This document shows, piece after piece, positions 1 through 12,349 of a DNA stretch of 64,000 bases. The notes under the pieces are model-generated. The model was not told the origin of the DNA and did not search any database. It was given only the letters and a program-made list of their open reading frames with translations. Every line of letters begins with the position of its first letter. The first letter of the stretch is position 1. The stretch is from positions 111,230,001-111,294,000 of the forward strand of contig CM059432.1 in assembly GCA_030390025.1 (NCBI GenBank). The letters are read 5' to 3'. The stretch comes from Squalus acanthias. Taxonomy: Eukaryota. The position numbers were made by a program, and so were the translations under genes.

Positions 1-436
1 TGTGCCTTTCCCTCGGGCACGTTTGCCGGTGCAGCAGCGACCCGACAGGCAGAGGCAGGCGACCTAATTCAAATCATTAACAGGTAGTTGTCAGACACTT
101 AAGCGCCTTTTTCAGCCAAACTTTTGAATTTCCCTGGCTGCCCACGGGATTCACACAGCTCGGGAACCACATCTGTCAGCCTGAGGCGGGAGTTGAGTGG
201 CCATTGCTGATTAGATGACAGCATGAAATGTACTATAAAACCTCCCACCTCACAGCTGATCACTTTCAGACAGAAGCTGTTGCTGACTACATTCCCAGCG
301 CACATTTAGCTTTCTACAGGCTGCAAGTGTTTCCAGCAAAGTCACCATCCAGTCTCACCTCATTGGTAGAACCAATCACACCATTGACAGATTGCTTCTC
401 TCATCTCCACTTGACCTGCCATCTATTCCATAAGCA

Positions 437-1639
437 TGGGTGCCGTTCATACTGTCTCACCTTGGTCCTCAGAATCGGACCATGATGAGCCCTAACACCA
501 GCAGCACCAGGCACACCGTCAGCACCAACAACAACATCACCAACCTTCTCCTTAACCAGCTGATGCTGCACAGGGCGGAGGGCATCAGCGCAGGGCTGCA
601 CTGCGCTGGAGGCGATACCCCCAACACAGGGTATAAGGCAGAGGATGAGCTTCCTCAACATGACTGAGCAGCGATGCCAAAGGAGGCTCAAGCTATCGCG
701 CCAGGTCATCGCAGTCATTTGCAGCAGGTGGACACGCCTTACCAGTGGCTGCCAAAGTCACCAGCGCCCTCAACTTCTTCACCTCAGGCTCCTTCCAGGG
801 ATCTGCAGCAGACATTTGCGGCATCTCGCAGTCGGCCACCCACAGATGCATCATACTGCTCACTGATGCCCTCTTTGACAAGTCAGCCAATTATATCAAC
901 TTTGCCATTGATGAAGCCAGTGTTACTGAGCGGGCGCTCAGCTTTGCCACTCAGGCTGGCTTCCCACGGGTGCAGGGCGTCATCGACTGCACACATGTGG
1001 CCAGCAGGGCACCCCATCATCACCCAGGAATCTTTGTGAACCGCAAGGACTTCCACTCCCTCAATGTGCAGCTCGTCTGCAACCATAGGAAGATCATCAT
1101 GCACATGTGAGCAAAATTCCCCGACAGCTGCCATTGACTCTTTCGTCCTGCACCAGTCCACCCTCCCTCAGCCCTTCGCTCCCCCAAACAGACTTTCCGG
1201 CTGGCTGCTTGGAGACAAGGGCTATCCACTGAAGACGTGGCTCATGACACCCTTGAGGAGGCCAAGTAATGAGGCCCAGGAGAGATATAATGAAAGCACA
1301 TTTCCACCAGATGTGTCATAGAACAAACAATAGGCATGCTGAAAATGCACTTCAGATGCCTTGACAGATCTGAAGGAGCCCTTCTGTACGCACCAGCCAG
1401 GGTCTCCAGAATCGTTGTGGTCTGCTGCGCGCTGCACAACATATCGCAGCAGTGAGTATTAGCGCTGCATGAGGCGCAAGACACTGAGCACACAGCCTCT
1501 TCAGAGGAGGAGGAGCATCAGCTGGAAGATGAGGAGAAGCAGGAGCTGGAGCAACCTACGGCCCAGATCCCACCAGCACCCGAGCACATTGCTGCCCAGG
1601 AGGCCAGGGATGGCCTCATCATGGCCAGATTTACTTAAC
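437..1639 (+). pseudogene. HARBI1-like DDE transposase, frameshifted
   Basis: ORF pieces [58 protein letters not shown] and an acidic tail, with stops and frameshifts. Confidence 0.9.
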
Positions 1640-1920
1640 TTTACGCTGCCACATGCTGCGCCAGGTTGGCACCACCCCACAGCAACACCATAAAGCATCC
1701 CTACAATGACCAAGCCATTCCTTTCACACTGACCACCATTGCTGGAGGTACTGTTTTGTCTCACCATTCACTCCAATTCACTAAGCCACTTCCAAAGGTG
1801 CACACAAATTTGTCCAAGACCGGAAAGTGGTGAAAATAAAGATTTTTATGGTTGACATAACATTAACGGAAACTTGACATTAACATTGAATAAAACACCC
1901 AAGTGACTACCCTTGTGAAT

Positions 1921-4687
1921 CTACTTGTGTGTCATCTTTCTCTTACACGAACTTCTATGAAATGCTATCCCTGTAGCTTTAGCAGAGGTAGAGGCAGCCT
2001 GCTCACTTCCCTGCTGCGACTGCTTAGACACGTTTGGCGGACGTCCTCTGGGTTTTGGAGCCTGTGATTGCCCCGATAAAAGTCTGTTCCTCCTGCAACT
2101 GTGCAGGGGCAGACTCGGCCATCGCTGTCCGAGGAGACATCTGGGGCTCGGACTGAGGGGATGGCAATGGGGGAGAAGTGTAAGCATTTTGAGAGGAGCC
2201 CCCACTTCCATGTACCGTCTCACCATCATCCCTCTCATGGGTCACCCGCACTTCCCTGCTAGCAAGGAGCTGGAGAGCACCTTGCTGCACATCAATGGGG
2301 CCATGAGGACCCACATTTACGCTGACATCCCTCCTAGAGAGGAGGTCTATGAGCCTCTGCCATCTATTCTCCATAGACACCATGTGCTTCTGTGAGTGGG
2401 ACATTAAGGGGGAAAAATTAGGTCACGCCCCATTTGGGGCGCAAATATCGTCTGGACGCAAATATTAGCGCCTGGCGCTAATTATCGCCACTGACTGGAA
2501 ACTTCACTTTTACCGCCCCGGGAGGTGAGTGGAGCGCTAAAGCAGGCGCTGCACACCTGTCTTAAGGCGCAAAGGCCAAGGAGTGAGGCGCTAACTCAGA
2601 GCGCTGGCGAAGCTCATGTAATGTCAGTCAGCAATGGAACACACACACAATGGCACGGGCCAGTTCTTAAAGGGGATGGTTAATCTTGCTTTCCATCCAC
2701 ATCCTGTTCATTGCAGCCTTGAATCTCGGCCTGGAGAGACTTGCACATCAAATGTGCTGGAAAGAACAATGGAGAGTACCAGGCAAAGAGCTCAGAGTGC
2801 AGCTCCCACAGTCTCTGCTAAATCGATACAAGGAATGGCAAATCAAAATGAACCTGCAAAGTGCTGCTCAGTACCCAAAACTCCTTCACACAACGTTGAA
2901 TCTCTCCAGAAGTCTCTCCCTCTCTCTCTCAGAATGCGTAGTTCAAAAATGCCACCAACAATAAAAGACAGGAAGAGGCCCCCTTTAAATAGCGCCCCCC
3001 CCCAGCCCCACAGCGATTGATAGCGTTCCAGTCTTCTGGTCGTTGGATGCGCCAGGCGGTAAGGCAGGGGGCGCCACTCAATTTCCGCTCCGGGGCGCCA
3101 CAAGGGCGTTGCACCATGGAATGACGTCACAATCTGCGCGCGCAGGTGGTCGCAGCGGTAAAGTTTAGCGCCGCCGCACAATCTCTAGTTAAGTTCCCGA
3201 GCGGCGCAAACATCGCTGCGCCCGGGCGTTAGCGGCTTTGCGCCCCATTAGCGCCCTCTTAAGGCGCTAACGGGAGGCGCAACCAACTGAATTTTTACCC
3301 CTAACTGTTCCATGCAGGTGGCCATCCTATCCATGGAAGAGCCTACAGTCGTCATCGCCTGCGACACGGTGGTGCTCATGTTGGAGATGGACTCCTCCAT
3401 TCCCTGAACATTTGCAGAAATCGCACTCACAAAACTTGTCAGAGCCTCCTGCACTTCTTGCTGCACCTCCAGGATCGCCCTCTTTCTAGATGGCCCCCGA
3501 GGCTCAGCGTCTGCATGCAGCTGAGCAGAGCAGGGAGCGTCCTGCGCCCTGCGGTGAGGAGTCTCCACTGCTGTCCCTGTCTCCGCCATCTGCTATTGCT
3601 CACTTGTGACTTGTGACAGACCCTGTGACAACACTACTCTATCTCGTTTGGGACCCACCGAGGTGTGCGTATCTGGCTTGGTGCTGGGTCCGCTTATGTT
3701 TGTTGATGTTGCGCCCTCAGAGGCTGGAGGCTCCTCTGAGGAGTCGTCTTCCTCTTCCTCCTGGACAGTGTGGGGGGGCTTTTGATGGACCAATGGGAGA
3801 GTAAAGAGATGAGTTAGATATGTCATATCAAGAATTGGTACAGATACCATTATGCACATGATGACCATTTAGTGGCTGATGACATCAGTCCCCATATGAC
3901 TGACTGATGTATGCCATGTGGCTGTATGAGATGTAAATCTGTCACCAGTTTGCTGAGATGTCCCACTCTCTCCATCTCCCACCTCCAGCTGCTCGGCCAC
4001 TCCCGCTACTTCCAATGCAGCCTCCTCTGCTGTGGTCAGGGTCGCCAATGATGGAGGGCCACCTCCAGTTCTCTCCCTCTCTCTCTCATTGTGCGCTCTA
4101 TTTTCCTGCAAGGAGGGAAAGAAGAGAAGGTTGAATGAGCCTGATGGAATGAGTATAAGGAATGGATGGGTTACATCTTTAGAGGGAGACTATGATGGAG
4201 TGGGGTGGCAATGCCATGTGGCCTCCTTGTGTGGTGTTACTTGCTATGACTGCATTAGGATGAGGGTGAGTGTGAGGGGTGGCTAGTCAGATGGGGATGT
4301 GATAATGTAGATAGAGAGAGGGATGGGTGGACGTGCAAGGTATGTTGGTGTGAGTAAGGATGTGCAGGAGTAGGGTAGGGAAGGCAGAGTGATGGGGATG
4401 TGATGAGAGGCACATCAGGATGAGGTTGAGTGTGGCTTTGTACTTACCTTTCCTGATCTAATGAGATCATTGAAACGTTTCTGGCACTGCACCCAGGCCC
4501 TCCTGACAACATCCCTGCTGTTGATCTTCTCTGCTATTTGGAGCCAGGCTCTTTTTGTCTCATGGGAAGGTCTCTTCCACCCATTAGAAGGGAAGAGGAC
4601 CTCCCTGCGTGCTCTGACTCCCTCCACAAGCATATGGAGGGAGTCATCGGAGAACCTGGGTGCAGCCCTCTGCCTCTGTGCAGTCAT
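1921..4687 (-). pseudogene. Harbinger Myb/SANT-like (NAIF1/MSANTD-type) gene, 3 exons, MITE-disrupted
   Basis: Exon 1 4687-4448 (RAAPRFSDDSL...W..IA...QCQKRFNDL, donor AAG|GTAAGT). Exon 2 4105-3946 (TTGCAG|ENRAHN..RTGGGP). Exon 3 from about 3778 reads through (CMEQL/MSHSQK) once the MITE is removed. Confidence 0.85.
2408..3301 (-). mobile_element. Harbinger-type MITE (894 bp)
   Basis: TIRs GGGGGAAAAATT / AATTTTTACCCC, TAA duplication at 2405-2407 and 3302-3304, near-identical inverted copy at 53276-54167. Confidence 0.93.
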
Positions 4688-4979
4688 GTCTCCAAGTGTT
4701 CAGAGCTATCAAAACCTCCAGTGCAGTGACTGCACACTCCTAGGTGAACCTTCAAATGCAATGTGGCCATGGCTCCTTTAAATATCCCAGCTGAAAACGC
4801 GTCATGGATGACATCATCAGACCCGTACCATTTAATTGGGCCGGGTAACGCGCAGGGTGGGCTTAATGGGCCCCATTAGTGCAGTCGATTTCTGCAGCGG
4901 AATGGAAGCAAGAACGTGGTCGCGACCCACCACGCCGACCGCCCGCACCCAACCCGCTTCGGTAAAGAAAATGTCGGCC

Positions 4980-5400
4980 ATTGTTCCTCGCTGATATGCC
5001 CTCCTGCTGAGAGCCCTTCTCCCCCTCCTCCTCCCTCTTCTAGCAGCTTGTCCTGCTCTTCGTGGTCGCTGTTCATTCACCAAGTCATGCTGTATTCCAA
5101 GGGGAATGCCTACTAATGCATGCCTGTCTGACAGCAAGTGGTTTGTTCAGAAGCCTTGAAGTCAGAAAAAAGTCCTTCAGCACCTGCCACACCACTCCCC
5201 GTAGACTTTAGCAACTTGAAACAACTGTGGAAAGCACCAAACACTTGTACAATTGTAGCAACAGCCAGAAGAAACCCACCAGCAACTAACCTGTAAGTAG
5301 TGGAAGATCCCTTTAAATAGTGCTGGTGGCGGCTCCTTCCTGCTGCTTAAGGGAGGACGTCGGCTGGAGCGTTGAGCTGGCGTCAAATCAGCATTAAACA
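4980..5400 (-). mobile_element. Fragment of another Harbinger (transposase 5' end and promoter)
   Basis: LVGIPLGIQHD..AARRGRRRGRRALSRR, matching the transposase N-termini at 19500, 24560 and 51800. Confidence 0.75.
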
Positions 5401-7114
5401 TGGATAGGTCACCTACTGGTCCTCACTCCCAGCACTGCACCACTTCTTACTCACTGCAATACTCTCGCAAAAGTCAACAATGATCAACAAATCAAGAAGG
5501 TTGGTTGTATAGAACTGTAGCAATTGGTCAGCACACAAGGTTGTGAAGTGCTTGAAAATAGAAGGATTAGCTGTAGTTACATCCTTCTTTGGGAAATACC
5601 CCATAATTCACAAATGGTCTTTTGACATTTGAAATGTCTCCAATGTTCTTAACTGTGGCATGTTTCAAAAGTGTTGTTTCAGCCTAATGCTGATGCAAAT
5701 TTGGCAATTATTAATAGTAAATGATCTAAGAATCTTTCATCTTTAGGTACTGTGAGTAACTGGACTAAGATCAATAGATTTGGGAACGGTACTTTTAAAA
5801 TGTTGTCTTTCTTCCCCAGGTTAATGGTAATACTAGCTATGCCCTACTTTATGGTGAGATGTGCAGTTGTACATGGAACAGACTGTAAATTAAGTGAATT
5901 GGCACATTGTGTGCTGATGCTGCAACTTTAGTTGAAAATGTTAGGTGTAAGAGGCAGTTTCTATATATAAATGAAGCTATGATGTGAAGCTATAGCATGA
6001 CTCCAGTGGTAAAGCCTTAAAACCATGCACAAGTTGAGGAACAACAGAGTTCAAAACTGGACCCACTTTGATTATAATGTTTGGTTTTCACAGAAGATAG
6101 ATTACAAAGTCTGCAAGAAGCCTATGCATACTTAAATGTGTCATATGCTCACATGTGGTGTGTTATAAGCGATGAGGATTATAGGTGCAAACACCCTCAC
6201 AGTCTGAGTTTGCTGCAGCTTCTCAAGGATCACTCTGAAAAACTGATAGGAGGTTTATCGTCAGACTTTTTAGGAACACCAAAGAATGGTTTCACAAATC
6301 AACAATGGTCAGTCTAAAGACAATGAGAATGGGCTGTGCAGGGGTTGGAACAGTGGCTGACCTCTCCGTTGTCCTCCACAAACTCCGAGGGATTTCTCAT
6401 CCAAGGTGTAATTGCATTCTAAAGTTTTAAATACAATCATTATTTTATATGGTAGAACCTTATCACATTAAAACCAAATTATTACATTAAGGTATTTCTT
6501 ATTGATATTCATATGTGTTTTAAGATTGTAAGTTATATGGTGAATAGAACTTCATTTTGATTTCAATAAGTTTACAAGCTAGATATTTTTCCTTATCATA
6601 AAGCATGTTTGAAACAAAAGATTAGTATAACTCACTTCTTTGTCCAGTGTCATTTTTGAAAAGGATTACCTTCTTACTTCATATAAAAATTCCACATGAA
6701 GCTGAGCTTGGCAGTGCAACCTAAGGTGGAGATATTGAAGAGCTAGAATCAGATGGGTGTTGCATTCAATTACATATTAACATAACATATGGTTGTTGTA
6801 TCATTTCACAAATATGGATATGAATAACTTATCGTAGCCTTAAATTTCACAAGCACATTTGCAAAGATGTTCTTTACACACAACACAGTAATATCATAAG
6901 TCCCCATTTTAATTCAAGGTGTGAATCGGTGGGTGGGGTGGGGGGAGGGGAGATTGCAAAGACCTATGACGTTGCAAGTGTGAGTTCTGGGTGCTTTTAA
7001 CTCCCGGGCCTTATTTCAATATGATTGACAGACTGCTCACCTGATCGCGTTGGCAATCGGGCAGCCCACCCAATTTCTGCGTGCAATTTCTGGCGGGCCT
7101 CCTGAGGCCAATTT

Positions 7115-7820
7115 CATAGAATTATAGAATGATACAGCCCATCGTGCCTGGTCGAGATATCAATTAACCCCAATCCCTTGCTCTTTCCCCATAGCCCTGC
7201 AATTTTTTCCTTTTCATGTATTTATCCAATTCCCTTTTGAAAGTTACTATTGAATCTGCTTCCACCACCCTTTCAGGCAGTGCATTCCAGATCACAACAA
7301 CTCACTGTGTAAAAATATCTCCTTATCTCCCCTCTGGTTCTTTTGCCAATTACTGGTTACCGACCCTCCTGTCATGGAAACAGTTTATCCTAATTTACTC
7401 TATCAAAACCCCTCAAAATTTTGAACACCTCTATTAAATCTCCCCTTAACCTTCTCTGCTCTAAAGAGAACAATCCCAGCTTCTCTAACCTCGCCACATA
7501 ACTGAAGTCCCTCATCACTGGTACCATTCTAGTAAATCTCCTCTGCACCCACTCCAAGGCCTTGACATCCTTCTGAAAGTGCGGTGCTCAGATTTGGATA
7601 TAATACTCCAGCTGAGGCCGAACCAATGTTTTATAAAGGTTTAGCATAACTTCTTTGCTTTTGTACTTTCTGCCTCTATTTATAAACCCAAGGATCCCGT
7701 ACGTTTTTTTTAACAGCCTTCTCAACTTGTCCTGCCACTTTCAAAGATTCATGTACGTACACCCCCAGGTCTCTCTGTTGCTGCGCCCCTTTTAAATTGT
7801 ACCATTTAGTTTATATTGTC
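7115..7820 (-). mobile_element. CR1 LINE 3' fragment, degenerate
   Basis: Reverse complement of CR1 ORF2 C-terminus and a (TTCTATG)-type tail at 7115-7130. Confidence 0.8.
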
Positions 7821-7844
7821 TCTTCTCCTTCTTCCATCCAAAAT

Positions 7845-8396
7845 TTAAAGGGGAATTGCACCTCTTAAAGTGAGTTTGCATGCCCTGTTTTGAACTTTCA
7901 TTGCAACAGTGCTGGACACAATTTTGGCACCACAAATGAATTGGAGGGCTGCTCCTAGGTTTTCTGATGCCTCCCTGGAGGTGCTCATAGATGAGGTCAG
8001 GAGGGAGGTACTCTTCCCCAGCAGTGAGAATGAAGTGATCTGGAAGCTGGAAATCTTGGAAATCCAAATAACACAAAGATGCTGTGATCCAATTAGCTGC
8101 AGGTGAGTACCCGGTTAAATACTGCTTCAGTGGCTCGGAGACACCAATCCCGCTAAATTTTACAGATGGGTTCGGCACCAGGTGGGGCTTCCATCATTTT
8201 GCATTACAATGTCGTCAGGGTCCTAATTGCGTTATCAGACCCCAAATCATAAGGCGGGTGCTTTGGCCGACTCAAAATGTACGTGGTTAAAATGGCAGCA
8301 AGAGTGTAGCACAAACACACCGATAAATACTCTACCGTTAATTTAATCCCCCACCTGCCCCGCTCCTGTCGGTTGGGCATGGTGAAAATCAGGCCT
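7845..8396 (+). mobile_element. Harbinger remnant with Myb-like exon 1 fragment
   Basis: RAAPRFSDASLEVLIDEVRREVLFP. TIR-like end gaaaatcaggcc near 8395. Confidence 0.65.
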
Positions 8397-8789
8397 ATAG
8401 TCAGATTTTAGTGCTCAGCAATAGAAAAGCAAAAGTTATTGCTTAATTGTTGTAAGTAATGTGGAAAAATTTTTCTATTCTGTCTTGTTGATGCAGTTTT
8501 TAAACCTATTCTGAGTGTGTCTGAATCCTGCCTACAGCACAAGGCTGCATTGTGGGGACCGACAAATAACTCCTGGTTAGATTGGATCCACCCTCTAGTA
8601 ACTGATTAAGTGGAGAGATTTAAACACCATGGAACTTTTTTTATGCCCAAATAAACATGGGATGCATAATTTGGACTGGTAAAAATTCAGCCACAACCCA
8701 GATTGGCATGTGACTTCAATTTCCTATTTGATGAAAAATGGGCAATATCTTCAATCGAACAAGAGCAGGATGTGAATGTTTATGTGAGC

Positions 8790-9108
8790 GAGCACAGGGG
8801 TGATGGATGAATGGACTTGGTGCGAGTTAGGATACAGGCATCAGATTCTTGGATGAGGTCAAGTTTACTGAGGGTGCAAGTTGGGTGGCCAGCCAGGAGA
8901 GCATTGGAATAGTCGGGTCTAGGGTCTTCCCAATATTTAATTGGAGGAAATTTCTGCTCATCCAATACAGGATGCCGTCAAGCAGAATGACAAATCAAAG
9001 GTAGTGGAGGGGTTGAGAGAGGTGGCGGTGAGGTAGAGCTGATGTCGTCAGCATACGTGTGGAACCCGACATTGTGTTTACAGATGTAGTTGCCGAGGGG
9101 CAGCATCG
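8790..9108 (-). mobile_element. L2 LINE fragment
   Basis: Similar to 58010-58560. Minus strand encodes YADD (gtcgtcagcata). Confidence 0.7.
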
Positions 9109-10492
9109 TCAATTAATTATAATAGACAAATGATTTTTGTAGAGGTATTGTAAATGCTGAGGCGAAGAATCCATTTGCTGATTATGTTAACAGATTTTTA
9201 TTGCTGTATTTGAGGCAGTCAAGTGATTATTCGGCACTGTTACACAAGACCTAATAAGACCAGAAAGAAATTGACAGCTTGATTGATACCAGCATTAATG
9301 CATGTTAATTTAGATTTATTTTTAGAGAATAGTTGACGTGTTGTTTTAATAAATCCAAGTTAATATACATATCTGAATTCATAGCTGTTAATACCTGATG
9401 TAATTTGTTGTTATACACAGCTCTCAGCTCACTTGCTCATAAATCCTTGCACGTAACAACTTCAGGCTGTCAAACTGTGGACATTTTCCATTCTGCACAT
9501 TTCACATAAACATTCACAGCAGTGGCTAACCATCAACTTGATTTAGGGCGCTGTCTTCACAGATGTGAGTTGCATTTATTTATCAAATCACTGAACTAGA
9601 CATTCAGTTTTTGTTTATTTAAAGGGTTTATTAAACATTAAAATGTGGGTATTTTTTGAGACAACAAACCCCATTGTAAGAGGGTTTTGAGTGCTGGACT
9701 ACCAAGGCTTTTAATAATGGACTGCCAATTAGTCATGAAACTGTCTTATGACAAAAGTGGACATAACCGTTTTATTTAAATGATGTGCTACATTACTGAC
9801 TTTGAGAACGGGCCAGCAAGGTGCAGTGAATCTGCGATTACATTGGCCAAGGAACTTATGAATTGGTTAATCCACTATGTGTCTAGGTCCCAAATCATTA
9901 GGTATCCCATCAATATTTGCTTCTTCAGCTCTTTGCCGCAGCTGCTTGAGACCAAGGCAGCCTCTTCCTCCAGGCAACATGTACAATTCACAGCCAAGAA
10001 GTTTAGGGGGGAAAATTTGGTTGATTAGCGCCTCCCGTTACCACCCTAGGGTGCTAATGGGGCGCAAAGCAACTAGTGCCCGGGCGCGGCGATGTTTGCA
10101 CCGCTCGCGAAATTGACCAGACACTTTGCGGCGGCGCTAAACACTACTGCCACGACCTCCTGCGCCCGCAGATCGTGACGTCAGTCGAGCGTGCAATGCC
10201 CCGGTAGCGCCCCGGACCAGATATTGAGTGGCGCCCCCTGCCTTTCTGCCTGCCGCTAGCAACAACAGGTAGAGGGGAATGTTTTGCAGTCGGGAATGGA
10301 CTGGGGGAGCGCTATTTAAAGGCGGCCTCTTCCTGCCTTTTTTTGTCGGCGACATTTTTGCACCACGCATTCTGAGAGAGAGAGAGAGACTTCAGGAGAT
10401 ATTCAACGCTGTGTGAAGGAGTTTTGGGTACTGAGCAGCACTTTGCAGGTTCATTTTGATTTGACCTTCCTTGTATCGATTTAGAAGAGAGT

Positions 10493-12042
10493 CTGGGGAC
10501 TGCACTGATTCGGGGCGTCGTCCTGCACCTGCAGAATCAGAGGCATCAGAGACGCAGAGAGAGAGTGGCAAACATAGCCTGAGGGAGTAGGGCCAACAGG
10601 CCTCTGCACAGGAGACCTTACCCTCCGAGGGTATTCCGGGAGCAATTCTCCTACATTCATTTGTCTGAGGAGCAGTGTTTGTGCAGGCTGCGCTTCAGCA
10701 AGGAGGCAACACGGTGGCATAGTGGTTAGCACTGGTGCCTCACAGCGCCAGGGATCTGGGTTCGAATCTGACCTCGGGTGACTGTCTGTGTGGAGTTTGC
10801 ACATTCTCCCCGTGTCTGCGTGGGTTTCCTCCGGGTGCTCCGGTTTCCTCCCACAGTCCAAAAATGTGTGGGTTAGGTTGATTTGGCTATGATAAATTGA
10901 CCCTTAGTGTTAGGGGGGATTAAATATGTGGGGTTATGGGGATAGGATGGGATATGTTAGGGGGAATTAAATACGTGGGGTTACGGGGGTAGGGTGTGAT
11001 ATGTGTACTGTGGGGATTAAAGCAGGGACAGGGTACTGGATTTGGATGATCAGCCATGATCGTATTGAATGGCGGAGCAGGCTCGACGGGCCGAATGGCC
11101 TACTCCTGCTCCTAGATTCTATGTTTCTATGTTTCTATGTTTCACTGAGCTCTGCCACCTGCTGCAGCCAGATCTGCAGCCTTAACTGAGGACCAGGACG
11201 TCTCTGTCGGTGGCAGTGAAGGTGACAGTGGCTCTGAATTTTTATGCCAGCAGCTCCTTTCAATCATCTACTGGGGACATCACCAATATCTCCCAGTTCG
11301 CTGACCATTGCTTTATCCGGGAGGTGACAAATGCCCTCTATAAAAGGGGACGCCAGTACAACTCTTTCCCCATGACCCGGGCCAAACAGCATGAACGCGC
11401 ATGTGGCTTTGCTAGGATAGCGGGCTTCCCCATGGTGCAGGGCGCCATTGACTGCACGCATGTGGCATTGTGGGCACCGCATGAAAATGCAGAGGTTTTC
11501 CAAAACCGCAAGGGCTACCACTCCTTAAATGTGCAGTTGGTCTGTGACCACAGACAGCTCATACTCGCCGTCAATGCCCGCTATCCTGGCAGCAGCCACG
11601 ATGCTTTCATCCTGCGCCAGACTGGTGTGCCAGACCTTTTCCAGGCACCGCATCACCCAAGTGGATGTCTCCTTGGGGACAAGGGTTATCCACTCTGCAT
11701 CTGGCTGATGACACCGCTCCATAACCCCAACATCCCTGCCGAGCTGCGGTATAATGAGAGCCATATCACTACAAGCAACGGTTCCGCTGTCTGGACCACT
11801 CAGGAGGAGCCCTGCAGTACTCGCCTGAGCGAGTCTCCCTCTTCATAGTTGTATGCTGCATGCTTCACAACCTGGCAATCCTCAGGACCCAGCCAATGCC
11901 ACCAGGGATTGGTGCACCACCGGAGGAGGAGGAGGAGGAGGAGGAGGAGGATGATCAGCAGCAACACCAAGGCGGGAGGGAGGCCCACAATGTTGCCACT
12001 GCAAGGGCCGTCCGTCAACGGCTGATAACAAGCCACTTCTAG
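10493..12042 (+). pseudogene. HARBI1-like transposase, split by a SINE and internally deleted
   Basis: [44 protein letters not shown] and poly-Glu. Deletion near 11773 removes the IE.TIG.L segment. Confidence 0.9.
10709..11141 (+). mobile_element. tRNA-derived V-SINE-like (HE1-type) SINE with CR1-derived tail
   Basis: A box tggcatagtgg, B box gttcgaatc, central domain gtgtggagtttgcacattctccccgtgtctgcgtgggtttcctccgggtgctccggtttcctccc, and 3' tail plus (CTATGTTT)n shared with CR1. Confidence 0.88.
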
Positions 12043-12349
12043 GCCCCTACTCAGAAGATGGCTTCTGGCATGGAGAACAACATGATGGAAAGCAACCCGC
12101 AACCCCTATAGCCAGCCAAAGCTGCAATGATTCCAAAGGCCAAAAATGTAAATTTTGAATAGAACAACTTTTTTATTTAACAAACTCTGTGTGTGTCATT
12201 TATTCAGGCCAAACTAATAGAAACAAACACAACAAATCATTCATTAACATAACTGGTTCTCACAGGCTGGAGATAAACGCCAAAACACTAAACAAAAGTT
12301 ATCAGACGAACCTCGACCTTTACTACAAACATTCCCACCATTTATTTAG

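Larger units (their letters stand above)
1..4979 (+). mobile_element. PIF/Harbinger DNA transposon (left end outside window), transposase on +, Myb-like gene on -, interrupted by a MITE
   Basis: Convergent transposase and Myb-like remnants. Right terminus ...gaaaatgtcggcc at 4979 resembles the GGCC/GGGG-AAATT termini of the other copies. Confidence 0.8.

Noticed and set aside
2634..3020. Conserved 128-aa ORF shared with 53561-53941
   Set aside because: The similarity reflects two copies of one MITE. The frame spans promoter DNA and the deletion junction.
10712..10775. tRNA genes at 10712 and 20083
   Set aside because: Both continue into SINE or LINE bodies, lack a convincing cloverleaf and have no downstream T-run terminator.
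11210..11848. Domesticated host HARBI1 or NAIF1 genes
   Set aside because: All copies lie within TIR-bounded elements and carry stops, frameshifts or insertions.
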